From Ascidiella aspersa (lineage: Eukaryota): DNA of 64,000 bases. Shown here one piece after another: positions 13,619-31,600 of this stretch. The translations under genes and the position numbers were made by a program. The stretch spans positions 30,752,001 to 30,816,000 of the forward strand of contig OZ004607.1 of the NCBI GenBank assembly GCA_963924565.1, written 5' to 3'. Below the pieces are notes generated by a model. That model was not told the origin of the DNA. It searched no databases and saw only the letters and a list, made by a program, of their open reading frames with translations. Numbering within the stretch: position 1 is the first letter of the stretch; every line of letters begins with the position of its first letter.

Positions 13619-14187
13619 CTTGTAAAACATTTTCTACAGGTAAATATGTACACAAATTAGAGGGCTTTGATGGGTTACTTGTATAACCACATTAAGTAAC
13701 TGAAACGTACAAAAAAACTAAACATATTTGTTTAAAAAACAAAACAAAAATTGAATGTTTAATAAATGAAAAACACATCGAAAATAAAATAACTGTAAAT
13801 AAATAAAACATAACTAAACACAAGCTGCTTGCTGTCTCATGATGACTGACAGCACTTCTGGGAATTTACCTTGTCTCGCTTGTTCAACTCTCGCCATTTT
13901 GTGTCAAAATATTTTAGCTGGAAATCTAATAAAGTAATTTTAAAACTTGTTTTTTTTTTAAATTGAAGTAAGGTTTTGTGTTATGTTTTATTTTAACGGT
14001 AGTAGTATAGCAAAAAGTAATATTAATCTTAGCAGCACTGCCATTTTGAGATTATTTTTTCCTTCATTTTCATGTGGCGAATGTGACGTCAAAAAGTCAG
14101 TCTCTTGTAAAACTAAATTTTGCAAGATAGGTTTTATATTAATAGTTAAAGACGTGTAGTTTGGAAACTCCACCAAAAACAATTGCC
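13619..14187. promoter_or_regulatory. Bidirectional promoter region shared by EMC7 and YIPF4
   Basis: Head-to-head genes with ATGs about 570 bp apart. YY1-like GCCATTTTG at about 13893 and 14040, CRE palindrome TGACGTCA at about 14084. Confidence 0.65.
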
Positions 14188-19193
<5,006 letters not shown>

Positions 19194-19619
19194 TGGTTTC
19201 ATTCCTATGGCAATCCACTGATACACATTGGTTTTATTTCATATTGTGCTTATTTTATATAGATGTATTTATTGTTACGCTTTTCATGAAATAAAGATAT
19301 GACTTTAAATTTTGTGATTTTTTTATTTCATTACAGAAATAGTTAGATAAATGCATGTCAGAGAAAAAAACAACATAAGCAGATAATAAAGATTTTTGCA
19401 GGTCAAGCAGGTAAGTTACATAAAAAGTTGATTCTGTTGTGAAATCAGTTGATTGTTGTACCACAACTTAAACATTTTGTGAAAAATTAAATCCAGGTTG
19501 ACATACCAAATTACTAATAAAATAAGCTCATACGGTAAACCAAAGGGCAATGATGCAAAGCAGGCATTTCTAGATAAAATATATTCTTTACACCCAAAAC
19601 ACTAGATATGTGATAATGT

Positions 19620-22600
19620 TTATATTGTGGTGGAATCACCAGTTACATCATCAAATGTGAGTGTTTCCTTTGGTGCCGGACCTTCCGTAGCTTCAACACC
19701 AAGTTCATCTTCGAACATTTTTTGTAGAAGAACCTCTATGTTTTTGTGACCTGTCCGGAGGAACAAATTTTAAATAAATCAATATTAAACTGTTTAATGT
19801 TTTATTGAATTAAAATGTTAAGCCTAATTATTAATGTTTTTGTATAATGTGTTATACATTTAGCAAGAAAATCAAAACCTGAAAAAAGAGAAATGGTGAT
19901 CATGATACAATTTTCAGTTTGCCATTTAACCAATAAAGTTTAGTATGATGTAAAAACAATTGCAAGCATTGTAGGCTGTGCCAGTTAGATCGAAAACAAA
20001 TTTTGTAAATGTGATTGCTTGTTGATTTTCTTGGCATTTACATTTTTGCTGTTCTAGTGTAGTTTTTGTACCCAGTGCTTACCTTCATTAATTCTGAACT
20101 TAATTTTCGGTTTGTAACTCCTTGTAGCATCTCTTTTCCCTGTATAAGTTGCATTTTCTGCCCCATCTACTTCATCTACAAGTTCTGTCTCATCATCAAC
20201 AGTGTCTGTGACCTCACTAAAACAGACAATTAAATATAACAAAATACATGATACATTTAAAAATACCATAAACAATAGCTGTAACAAAAATAATAGTATA
20301 ACATAAAAAATCTGTTATTAATAAATATGCTTACTCATCTACATTGTAACCAAGTTCCTGAATTGTTTTCTCCAGTTTACTTTCGATGGTTGTTTTTGAT
20401 AAACCATATTCAAGAATAAAGGCCTCGAGTACAAATGCCACAATGATGCTATCAGGAAATGCAAGTAAATATATGATTTATTTTGGACTAAGTTATTTTG
20501 AGTCTGTATAAATGATATAACAATATAATTAGGTTTGGCTGTTTTCAGTCATGCACTTGAGCATCTATTAATAAGTAATATAATAGTCAACCCAAGAGAA
20601 CTTTTTTTATGTTTATCTCATTTTAAACATTCTTTTATATAATTAAAATATTGTGAGTATTGAATGATGCATATTTCTATAAACTTAAGTAAAAACTAAA
20701 CATTAATTGCCCAGAAAAATACATAAAAAACAAGTAAAGAGTCAGTCAAGTCAAATAATTAGGAAAGTTTTTCTTTGGTTATTGCACCAAAGTAGTTTTA
20801 CTGAAACTAATTGTGTTTTTTACTTGCAACACATGGTATGTTTTTATTTGTGTAGCATATATTTTTTCAACATAAAACCTGTTTTAGTTGGTGTGATTAC
20901 CGTTTTATGTAAATAAAATAAGTGTTTAATGACTTTTAAACATAGAATGTGACTTGCTTACTTCATAATAAGAATGACAACAATCAAATGAAACAGCACA
21001 AAGTAGAGGCGGGCCCATTTGCTGGTTACTAGCGTGTATCCAAGAGTGATAAGTGCAATGTCATAAGGATGCAATAACTATTCATCATTGATTGTTTGCA
21101 AGTAGATTTTAAGTGAATAATTGACAAATTATCAAATATAATAATAGATTATTATGATTAAAAACTTCAACTTATATTTAAAAGAATAAGTTTTAAATAA
21201 GCATTAGCTTACAGTTTTCTTTTTAATAAAATTAAATAAACCAGATCTGTTAGACAACATGAGTTTTTGCAACCCTAGGTAATGTTTTACCAAAATATTT
21301 AAAAAGGATATTATGCCACTGATTGACAACAGTAAGTACAACCAATGTAACAAGAGAATGTATCAGATCATTGAAATTGTTATTGCAGTATCCCATTCGG
21401 ATGAACTCTGACTCTTTCAGATCATCATTTCCACAAAAGTGCTCCATGGGTGTTGTACCATCATCAACATACTGGATTAGGCCAGCAAAGCTCTCCATCC
21501 CAATAATTGCAAAAAAGTAATACAACATCTGCAATCAAGGTTAATGGTAATTACTAAATTATAAAATATTGTAAGTTACACTGCTTATAAAAAGTAATGC
21601 TATCTGTTGAATACCAGCTATATGTGCTTCACTTTAAGTTAATATTAGAATCCTGTATGCTGAAAAAGTGGAAGTTTAATAATTACAACAGATCTCTGAC
21701 AAACACCTTAGTCATGAGTGTTGGTTAAAAAAATAAAATAGTTATAATCGTATGGTAATAAAAGCTGTATCTGTAAACATAAACAGGCTTTAAAATTATT
21801 GCTTACCAGTAAGACAACTCCATAGGTCAACAGCGATGGCATTATGTTTGCTATGGTCATAACAACAATTTTAATACTGTGCACACTTCCAGCAATTCGA
21901 ACCAAACGTAAACACCGTAAAACCAGAATAACATCAAGCACCTCTCTAGGAAATCCATCCACTAAAGTAAAAAATAATTTGTGCATAAATAACTTTAGAA
22001 ATGTAAATTTTAAACAGGTTCACTTACATTCATTAAGAGATGCTTCAATTATGGTTGCTATTAGCGCTGCTGTGATAATAATAAAGTCAAACCTGTTAAA
22101 ATAATAAACATATTGGTGTTGTGCTGTGTTTTTTTTTGGTACTACATTATTATCAATGCAAATTTGTCTGAACTTTCAAGAATGGTTAGTTTTAGCTTCT
22201 TTTCATTTAACAAAAATATAACAATACTTATAAAAAGTAGATTATTAAATATTACTTAGTTTATTACCAGTTCCATGTCCTTGTATAACTGAAGAATTCT
22301 TTTGGTCCCACCAAATAAATTCTAAGAGCGATTTCAATAACAAAAGCTGATAAAAAGTACCACTCTGCCACTTCAACATCAAATCCAATACAAAATGCAT
22401 TTGCAATTATCACCAAATCAAAAAATGCAGCAAACAACCTACGAAACATAAGACTTACAAATTATTGTTGTGCCTTATTTTTATTTTTGTATTATTGAAA
22501 GAAAAAAAAATAAGAAAAAATAAATAAAAACGTATTTGTTACATCTTGGTTTATTTTAGCAAAAAAAAAAAAAAAAAAAAACAGTTTGGTAATATGATAC

Positions 22601-25600
22601 ATTTCTTATCTCTAATTTTAATAATTTAATTCAACTAAGTATTTATTATCAGCACAAATTACCTGTGTGAAACACACATGCAGATAAAACAACTTATTCT
22701 TGAATTGTAAACTGTAGGTATATTCCGCTTGAACCAGTTCAATCCTGACGCATCCTCTACCACATAAACATTAAGCAGATTTGCCACCTGCAAAAACTGA
22801 GCTTTCGCGATTCCAGAGTCCTCATTACTGTTTTCTACTTCATCTGTGTCATCGCTTCTTTTGTTTGTGAGCACTTCCCAGTAGAGATTTATCTTCAGGT
22901 AACAAGTATGGAGTGTTAATAATTTTTATAATCCTATGACTTTTTCTGCTAACATTTCAATTTATTTTGAAACATATTTAAATACAAAGAAGCATCTTTA
23001 AAATAAAGATTTTTTGCAAAACATTGCAAATGCAATTCTAATTTAGCATTTTCAAATTTTTGTTTGTAAGCCGTTTCCAGTAGAGATTTATCTTCAGGTA
23101 ACAGATATGTAGCGTTAATAATTATTACAATATTATACCTTTTTGTGCTAACATTTCACATTATTTGTAAACATATTTAAATACAAAAAAGCATCTTTAA
23201 AATAAAGATTTAGTCATTGCAAATGCAATTCTAATTTGGCATTTTAAACACTAGTACGAAAAAAAGTAAATCAATCAAAAATAGTATTTTTATTTTTTGG
23301 CAACGAAATAAGTTCAAACTTACTTTTATATAAGATGTTGGCGATGTAAGCAATTTCATTACAGTCATCCAACTTTCATATGAAACTACTTGTATTCCAT
23401 TAGCATTTACATCGTAAAGTAAATTAAATGCTTGTTCCAACTTTTTACGTTTCAATAAAACTGTTCCACGGATTTCTGTCTTTAATATCAACAAATAAAT
23501 AAGTATATGATTTATAAGAATCAAGTTTCTTTGAAAATATAAGTATTGTTGCGTTAAACATGATTTTATATTTTCTCCAATTTTTGTCGCTGGTCTAGAA
23601 TCCTAGTTCCTACCACAACGAAACACCATTTGGGTTAGGGTACAGGTTAGCGTTTGGGTTAAGGTGTGTCAAGTATTATTATTAAATAAAGAATATAATA
23701 ATACTTGACCCATCCACACCCAAACGCTAACCCCATCCTAACTCAAATTTTGTGCGTTGATTTTAGAACTGTGGTAGGATTCTAGACTAGCGCCCACTTT
23801 TTTCATGTGTTTTTCAATAACAATGTAAATTTAAGATGTTAAAAAGTATTTGGCACAAAGATAAAAAATAGTGATATAAGCTTGCCTTAAGATGAGTCCT
23901 GTAACTATTGTATATGACGGCCAAGAATAAGTTCATAAAGATGTAAGTGTTGATGATGATATAAAAAATGAAGTAAATTGCAAACCAGCCACTGTAGTCA
24001 TAAGCTGGCATCCTGTAAAAAAATGCATTACTTGTGAACAAACATTTACCAAATTTTACTGGACCTGTAATGAGTATGCTGTTTTTCTATTGTTGAAAAC
24101 ACTTCTTTTTAGGTTATATATATAAAAGACTATAAATCTTTATATAAACAACTACAAAACTTTTTTACTATATTTTAGAATGCAGATTATAAGTTAATGA
24201 CTACACAAAAAACTAGAACTTTGAAATCAGGGATTTTGTTTAAATGTTTTTTGTTGAATACACTTTAAAGACACCAAAATGCAGCAAATTTGTTAGTTAA
24301 TATGAAAAAAAAATAATAATTGGAAAAATTAGGACAATAATAATAAGTTACCCGTTGTTAAAATTTGGTGCATTTCGTTAATAAAAAGATACAATTTGAA
24401 ACGATCCAATTTTAGAACGAAAAAAAACAACAGTTGGATCCGATAGGTAATGTACAAACCATTGCTAAAACGCATAAATTAATTTGGGTATCAGATCGGC
24501 AGCGATTCCAACTTAGTATCGGACGAATGCCATAAAACGAACAAAACCTTTTTCCGCCAGTGTCATCGTTTGTTAGTTTGTTTTAAATGTACTAACAAGA
24601 TGCAGCAGGCTACAGTGCTATAGTTGTTTCTCGACTCGCTCCTCTCTGAGCCTGTGTAGCTCAGTTGGTAGAGCGACGGTCCCGGCTTGACCGGAGGTCG
24701 TAAGTTCGAATCTCACCACAGACTAGTTTTACGAACAGGATGCAACGGCCAACGGTGCTATGGTTGTTTGTCGATTTGTTCCCCTCTGAGCCTGTTAAGC
24801 TCAGTTGGTAGAGCAACGGTGCTAGAATGACTGAGGTCGTGAGTTCGACTTCACCACAGGCTAGTTGTTTATCAAGCTTGGTTTTGCCTGCACCATAATA
24901 CTGACCAGGCCGAATGACTTCGATAAGCCTTTACGAAAGCATTATATGTATTAGTTTTGTTTAGATACGACTCACTGGGCGTGGTAAAGGTTGTCCATCT
25001 TAGTTGGAAATCTGTATATAACTAAATCTTGTTATTGAGTCCGATCCGATGATATCGGTCGCCCCGAAATTAAAAATAATCTCTGACACAGCTGGAATTT
25101 CCCATTATCCGACAGCGTTGCAAGTTTTACAAATGCGGAAAAAACGTAATCGGTTGAACGCTTACATCACGTCGGGACTGTTGGCCGTGGTCACCAGCAC
25201 GTAGAGATCGAAGAAGGAGTCCCAGTAGTTGGTGAAGTAGGGCTCCTCGCCGCGGTAGAGCAGGTTGCGCCCGTCGAAGAGCTTATGCGCGAGTAGCGTG
25301 AAGACCGCAATGCTGAAGAGGAAGAGCACCAGGACGTTGAGGATTTCGGGAACCGTGTTGCGGATGTTGCGAAAGGCGCGGCGGACCTTGAGGAGAAAAA
25401 TACGTCGTCTATAAAGGTTATAACAGCTGGTAATCCTTCAGCATGGCATTCCTAAGACGTTACTGTTTCGTGGACCAACCTAGTTATTGGCCTACCAAAA
25501 GTTTCTGGTGGTAACTAATTTTTCGACGACATTGCTTCGCCTTTCCAACTAACCGCAAACTGGCATTTGGTTCATAACTAGCAGTACCGTATTTATTATT

Positions 25601-28600
25601 TTTTTACTTATATCTTCTTCTGGCCCAAATTTTGCATATTTTTCTTCCCACCCGAATTCAAGGACCTGTTAGCTTAGTAGGTCCGACTGTAAGTGAATCC
25701 CGTTAAAAAAACTTTACTTTTGTCATAATTCCGTATATCCCCACAGAATGTTGTCTAGCATGGCTTGCCAAAAAACAACTTTATTATCGGCGCTAGAGAA
25801 ATATCCCAACCCCTAAAATATTAAAGATGAATCTAAGGTAAACTACGACACACAAATAATAAAAGAATAATCCAGGCCTCCGCATACGCCTTCTAAAGAA
25901 GGCCAAGTGGTAGTAATACCGTTATCAGATTGCCAATAAAGATTTATTGGCAAGCTAAGCATTTGACCGATTTGAAAGCAAGCTTGTGGCAAGATTTGAA
26001 CTCACGACCTCCAGTTTCGGGAACGTAGCTCTATACTGACTGACTTACGCTCGCTTGTCGTTAGTCAGTGCGACCTACAAAATAGCTAAAGCTATAGATA
26101 AATGTTCCACACATCAGTACATTAATTTTGAGTATGCCTGCAACAGTTTTGAAATCGTCATTAAAATTTCCAATTACCTGTCGACTTTCGTTCATGTTGA
26201 TCATGAAAAGCGGCCGCAAACATCTTGACACCCTGATTCCGCTGCCCCCCATTCCAAGGTACACTATCATGTCAATCACAGTCACCTAGGCCGAAAAAAC
26301 ATACTGTGACAGAAGTTGTATTTAAATGTAGTATTGTATCTGACAAAGAGTTTTATTTTTCAATTTATTTTACGTTGGCATTAAAACAAGGAATATCAAT
26401 GATATTTTCAGGTTTGATTTGGCTGAATTCATTAGGAGTTGTTGAACCGTACCCGTAAGCGTTTAAATGCATAGTAAAACAAAGCGGCAATGCCAGTTTC
26501 AGCAATATAATCCAGTTTACACATCCGGTTGGCGAGTCGTCTAAACTAGTTATTTAAACGTTTCTAAGTTTTACTGACCAGTACTACGGCAGCAACTGTG
26601 ACGTTTTTTGTATCCGTGACGAAGGTTCTTCGTGGAACAAACATGTACATCTGGTATAGCCGAAGCGCTATCACTCCCAGGCAGACAATTTCTATGATCA
26701 TCGTACCCTTTACAAAACATTCCTCGGTTACAACAAGATTAGCTGAAACGTTAGACGGGGAAAATTTCGATTAAACTTGGCGCTTCCTGAATAAAAACGC
26801 TAAGGAAAATTTATTCCCTGCTTAAATTCATCAACCGACCACCCTAACGCTTACTAGGCTACAGTGGTTGTCAACCTTTCGTAAATGTTGGCCGTCTTTT
26901 CCAAATTTTGTGGCGCCCTTGCTCACATTTTTGGAAAAATGGGAGCTTTTTAAAGTCTTGATAAAAATCACAAAATATAGAGTTTATAAATTTATAATGG
27001 TTCAAATAAATCCTGTTTTTCCATGATATGCTACCGGAGTCCCGAGTCCGACTCCGCAGCCCTGCTTTCTCCTAAAGAGGGCAGTGGGCCATCGTTGGGA
27101 AACCTTATGGTTGTGGTCCAGAGTAACCACGTCATAGACCTATCATTTATTAATATTTTAACGGAGAAAAGTGGGGATATAAATTGTCTTGTGTAGCACT
27201 TTAGTTCGTAAACGTTTTTCATATATTGCACGACTTACCCAGTAAGGTATTTCCAGTCCGGGTACGGCCGGAGCCTCAAAAAGCGCGAGTGATAGCAGCA
27301 GCCACATAAAGCATATGGTGATCACTTGGAATATGGGCTTGCTGTAAAACTGATAGGCCCTGAGCGAAAGTTGGTCATTGAGGTAGTCCAGCGTCCGCCC
27401 GTGTACCGCGTCTTCAACCAAGCTCGCCGCTAACAAAAACTCCTGCCAAAGCGAGCGATAATCAACAATTAAGAGGCTATAAGTTGGCTAAATAAGCGTT
27501 ATACCCAGGGTTGCCATCGACATGGACTCAAAAATAAGGACAACTGAAAAATTAGATCAGCATTTAAAAAACGTTTTTGGACATGCATTGTGTTTATACG
27601 AGCCGTGTCATATCGTATTGTATACTTTTTGCCAGAAACAATCTGCACCAGTAGTGTGTCAAGGTGTTTGGTTTGTTTTTCGGTCTATTCTCATGTTGGT
27701 GTTGCTTGAAAAACGCTATTTAAAAAATCTAAGGGCTCTATATAACGACTCTATTGACAGGCCAAAAAACAAAATAGGAAGAGGCAATTTGCCAGGCAAC
27801 CTGTTGCCGTACTTCAAATTTGAAGTTATTATTTTTAATTTTCTATTTTTAGAAAAATCAGCCGGTCCCCAAATTTCGAAATTTAAAATTCGGTAAACGG
27901 CTAGTATTCTGCACAATATTATCTCGTTGTGGTAAGATTCAGACCAGTGCCGAAGTTTTCCCATCCGTTTATCGAACTTCAAAATTCGCACTACCGTACT
28001 GTTAAATGGATCTGCAAAATTACATACGATTCATTGCTAAAGCCGTTTACAGTACGTCGTAAACGAACTTTAAAATGTGCACTACTGTAAACGACTTAAG
28101 CAATAAATCGTGAGGCAATTTTGCAGATCCGGTTACAGTAGTGCGAAGTTCGGTAAACAGGCGAGCCGGGCAAATAGCCTGTTTCAACAAATAGGAAATA
28201 GACAAAAACAGTAAAAATTATGCGGAATGACGGATATTTGTAACAACATTTAGATAGGAGTAAATTTATACAAAAAAACATGAAGCCCAAAAACAATCTC
28301 GGCACGCCAAGTTCGCCCAAGTTGAAACGGGGTTCCAGTTGGGCTGGATTATATTCTCAAATTGCTGTTATGGCGCTTAGTGTTTGGGTGAGGATGTGTT
28401 AAATTTTAGTATTTAATAATATTGCTTAACCTAACCTAACCCAAACGCAAACCCGCACCCTAACCCAAATATTATTCCTTCTTGTAGGTAGGATTTTAGA
28501 CGGGCGTCACCGTTGCTATTTAAAAAGGGTAAAAACGAATAATATCATTAACCTGTATTATGCAATTTCAAATAAGTTGTCCTAAAAAATAAGAAAATCT

Positions 28601-31600
28601 TAAATTTAAAACAAATAACAAGTTGTATAATTTAATAGTAGGCCTACTTGGTAAATAACTCCATTGCAAGTGTCTGATCCCCATAATTTTCTTTTTTACC
28701 AAAATACCCTACTTTTCCCTACAAAGTACAATTTATCCCGTAGGTATTCCCTACTCCCTACTTTAGGCGAAAATACCCTACCGTAGGCAGGGGCGCCCGC
28801 AGAAAATTTTCCAGGGGGGGGAACCAGGGGCGTAACCAGAAAATCAAAAATGGGGGGTCCTGAATTTTCAACTTAGGGAATTCCCCTATTTTTCGTCTGA
28901 CGTTAATGAAAAATGATGTCATAAACAGTGACAGTATGACGTCATAGAATGGTGATTGCAAGACGTGTTAAAAAAATAATCAGAAACAGTCAAATACGTC
29001 CAGCAAAAGCGACCACGTGCGTCATCGACAATCCTGTCAGGCGCAAGCTGCGAAATCACGGTGTGCAATCGTTAACTTCAAGCAAAAAAAAACAACCAAG
29101 ACCGTGAAATATGTGTGATTAATTTTGGTAGAATCACACATAATTGGACTATCAGAAGCGCAGTTTTCAAGTTTCATGAACGGAACGAGCGCTAAATTAC
29201 AAGCACGTCTTTCACCACCTGCAATACTAAACGAATATCGTTTATTCCGGGTGTTATTATGCCACGATTAGCGCAACATCTGCGCCGAGCTATGTGCCAA
29301 GTCAGCTAAATTACAAGCTGCGGTTCAGGGGAAATAAGTTTTGTCCATTGCACACTTAGCACGTGGTCTTAGAGTATGCTGAAAGAGGATAGAGACTTTG
29401 AAACGCGCACGACAATCACCATTACACTTCCTTTTAAAAATCTGCTTCAGTTAAACAAATGTCGATGTTACACCAACATCGGATATTAGCGCAGAGGCCG
29501 AACAGCGAGGAACATACTGTGTATAACTCGACGTTTTTCAGCGAGAAAAAAAGAAAGAAGGTTTGACTTAGCGTTGTCAATTGTAGAATACACACTTGCT
29601 AATCAGTCCTAAACAAGAACTCCCGCCCCCTGGATACGCCACTGGGGGCAATGGATAATGTATAATATTTTTAACCTTCATAAGTAATACATATTACACT
29701 TATAAATAATACTAATAATCGCATTTTGAAATCAGGGGGGGGCAATTGCCCCCCCCCCCCTTGCCCCCCTCGTGCGGGCGCCCATGACCGTAGGGTAATA
29801 TCTCTACGAGTGGCAGCCCCCACGGCAGCACCTTTTCATTTATGATGTCATAAACACTCGCAAAAGCTTAATTTTAGAATAATACTCGACACTGGTTACC
29901 AGAGGAAAACGATCGAAGTTCTGTAGTTATTTAAAATAAGGACGCAAGTCAAAAATAAGGACATTTCTTGGAAATAAGGACATTTAAGTTTTTTAAGACA
30001 TGACCCTTAAAAATAAGGACAAATCTTAGAAATACGGACGGTATGGCAACACTGGTTAGGCCAACTTGTGGAACACACTCTATTTAAGACTACAGGTTAA
30101 TTTTAGGCAGGTGTAACTCTGCGTACCACTAGTGGTTACGCAAAGGTTTTCCAGTTGGTACGCGAGGAAGGAGCACCCGTTTTTTTCACAAAACCCTGGA
30201 TTCATAACTTTATAGTTTGTTCTCTGGTTTTATTAAAATAAAAAAAATTCATTATTCCTGTTGTTTCGAAACAATGCAATCTTCCAAAAAAGAAATGTTG
30301 GGAGCACAGTTGCTTTGTAAAGCGTACAACGCTGTGGTACAGTGGGCGTTAATTATACCAAATGATTGCTCTTGATAAATATAATCTACAGTATTATAGC
30401 TTAAGCTACAAATAGCGTTAAATAATGCTAGTTGTAAGCTAAAAATAGATAAAATATGGTTTAATAAAATTATTTTTCTGCTAAAGTGGTACGCGTAACA
30501 CTATACACAGCGTCCAAGTGGTACGAGATCGCAAAAAGGTTGGGAACCTCTGTGCTATAATGATAGCTTCGATTTATCTGTGGGCAAAATTCCCTCATTA
30601 AAAGAGCCGTATGGCTCGCGAGCCATAGGCTCCTACCGCTGCACTATACTGTTTAAACCACGGCTGTAAAATGTTTTACGTGTCGCGGACTGACATTAAC
30701 TTCGCTTCAGCAAGTGCGTGCCGAAGAGTAGACAATTAAAAACATTTTGCTTGGCTTTAACAACACTAGAAACGCGTTGTGGACATACCTAGAATTACCG
30801 GAGCGGTCAAAATAAAAAAACGCATGATATTAGGTAATTTAGCTTTATTCCCTGCTATAACAAGTTTATTTTTACTATTGAGAGACTACAATATTCGTGG
30901 TTGTGAGATTGATGCGCTGTTTAGGGTTCACTATGATACCATGTGTTGGAATATACTTTATAGGCCATATCTATGTTTTTCGCTCTATTAACTATGGTGA
31001 TTCTTACAATTTCGCAAAATCTAAATTAGAAGTCTTCCAAAAACGTGTAGGCTATACTAACCAAAGACAATAACGCTTTTAGAAATGACACAGCAGCAAT
31101 GTTTTGCAACATATTGACAAATCATTAAATGTACGTATGAACCGCTTGCGTTTTGTATCAATACGGCCTTGTTTGTCACCCACCCGATAAAAAAAGTTTG
31201 CGCTGTCTTAATTAATGCCATACAAAATAACACACGTTTGATTTGGATATAAAGCCTACATAAAAAACTTTGCATATTCCACCCGTTCCAATAAATATCT
31301 CAAATGAATGCATACCGCTTTTGCTGCACTGATTATATATGTCATCGAACAAAATCAGGGCGATGTTCGTGTGCCTCCTTTTATGCCTTCTATCTGATGT
31401 ATTGGCCCAAACTAACAAAGATGGCCACCAAGGTATATATGCGTCGTAATGGGAAAGATCCGTATGGCTTTGCGTAGCACATTCGACATTTTATCACCAA
31501 AATACCTTAACAAGCTTACTTTGTCAGAGTATCGATTGCTGTAAGTTACTTTTAAACAACGTAAATCAGTCAAATACCTTTTCCTTATTCCCCAGTGAGG

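Larger units (their letters stand above)
27506..30054. mobile_element. Outer MITE carrying nested insertions (TPC3 intron 1)
   Basis: TIR CAGGGTTGCCAT / ATGGCAACACTG, TSD GTTATACC/GTTAGGCC (6/8), AAATAAGGAC subterminal repeats at both ends. Confidence 0.7.

Noticed and set aside
24650-24862. Functional tRNA genes
   Set aside because: Anticodon arms are non-canonical (loop CCGGCTT; AGA without a long variable arm) and the stems have mismatches. Treated as pseudogene or SINE-derived.
24895-24945. Hammerhead ribozyme (CTGACCAGGCC...CGAAAG)
   Set aside because: The core does not match CUGANGA and I could not pair the flanking stems.
28600-28684. Alternative first exon of TPC3 (minus-strand ATG GGG ATC...)
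   Set aside because: It lies within nested repeats, and its donor phase does not fit the phase-0 second exon.
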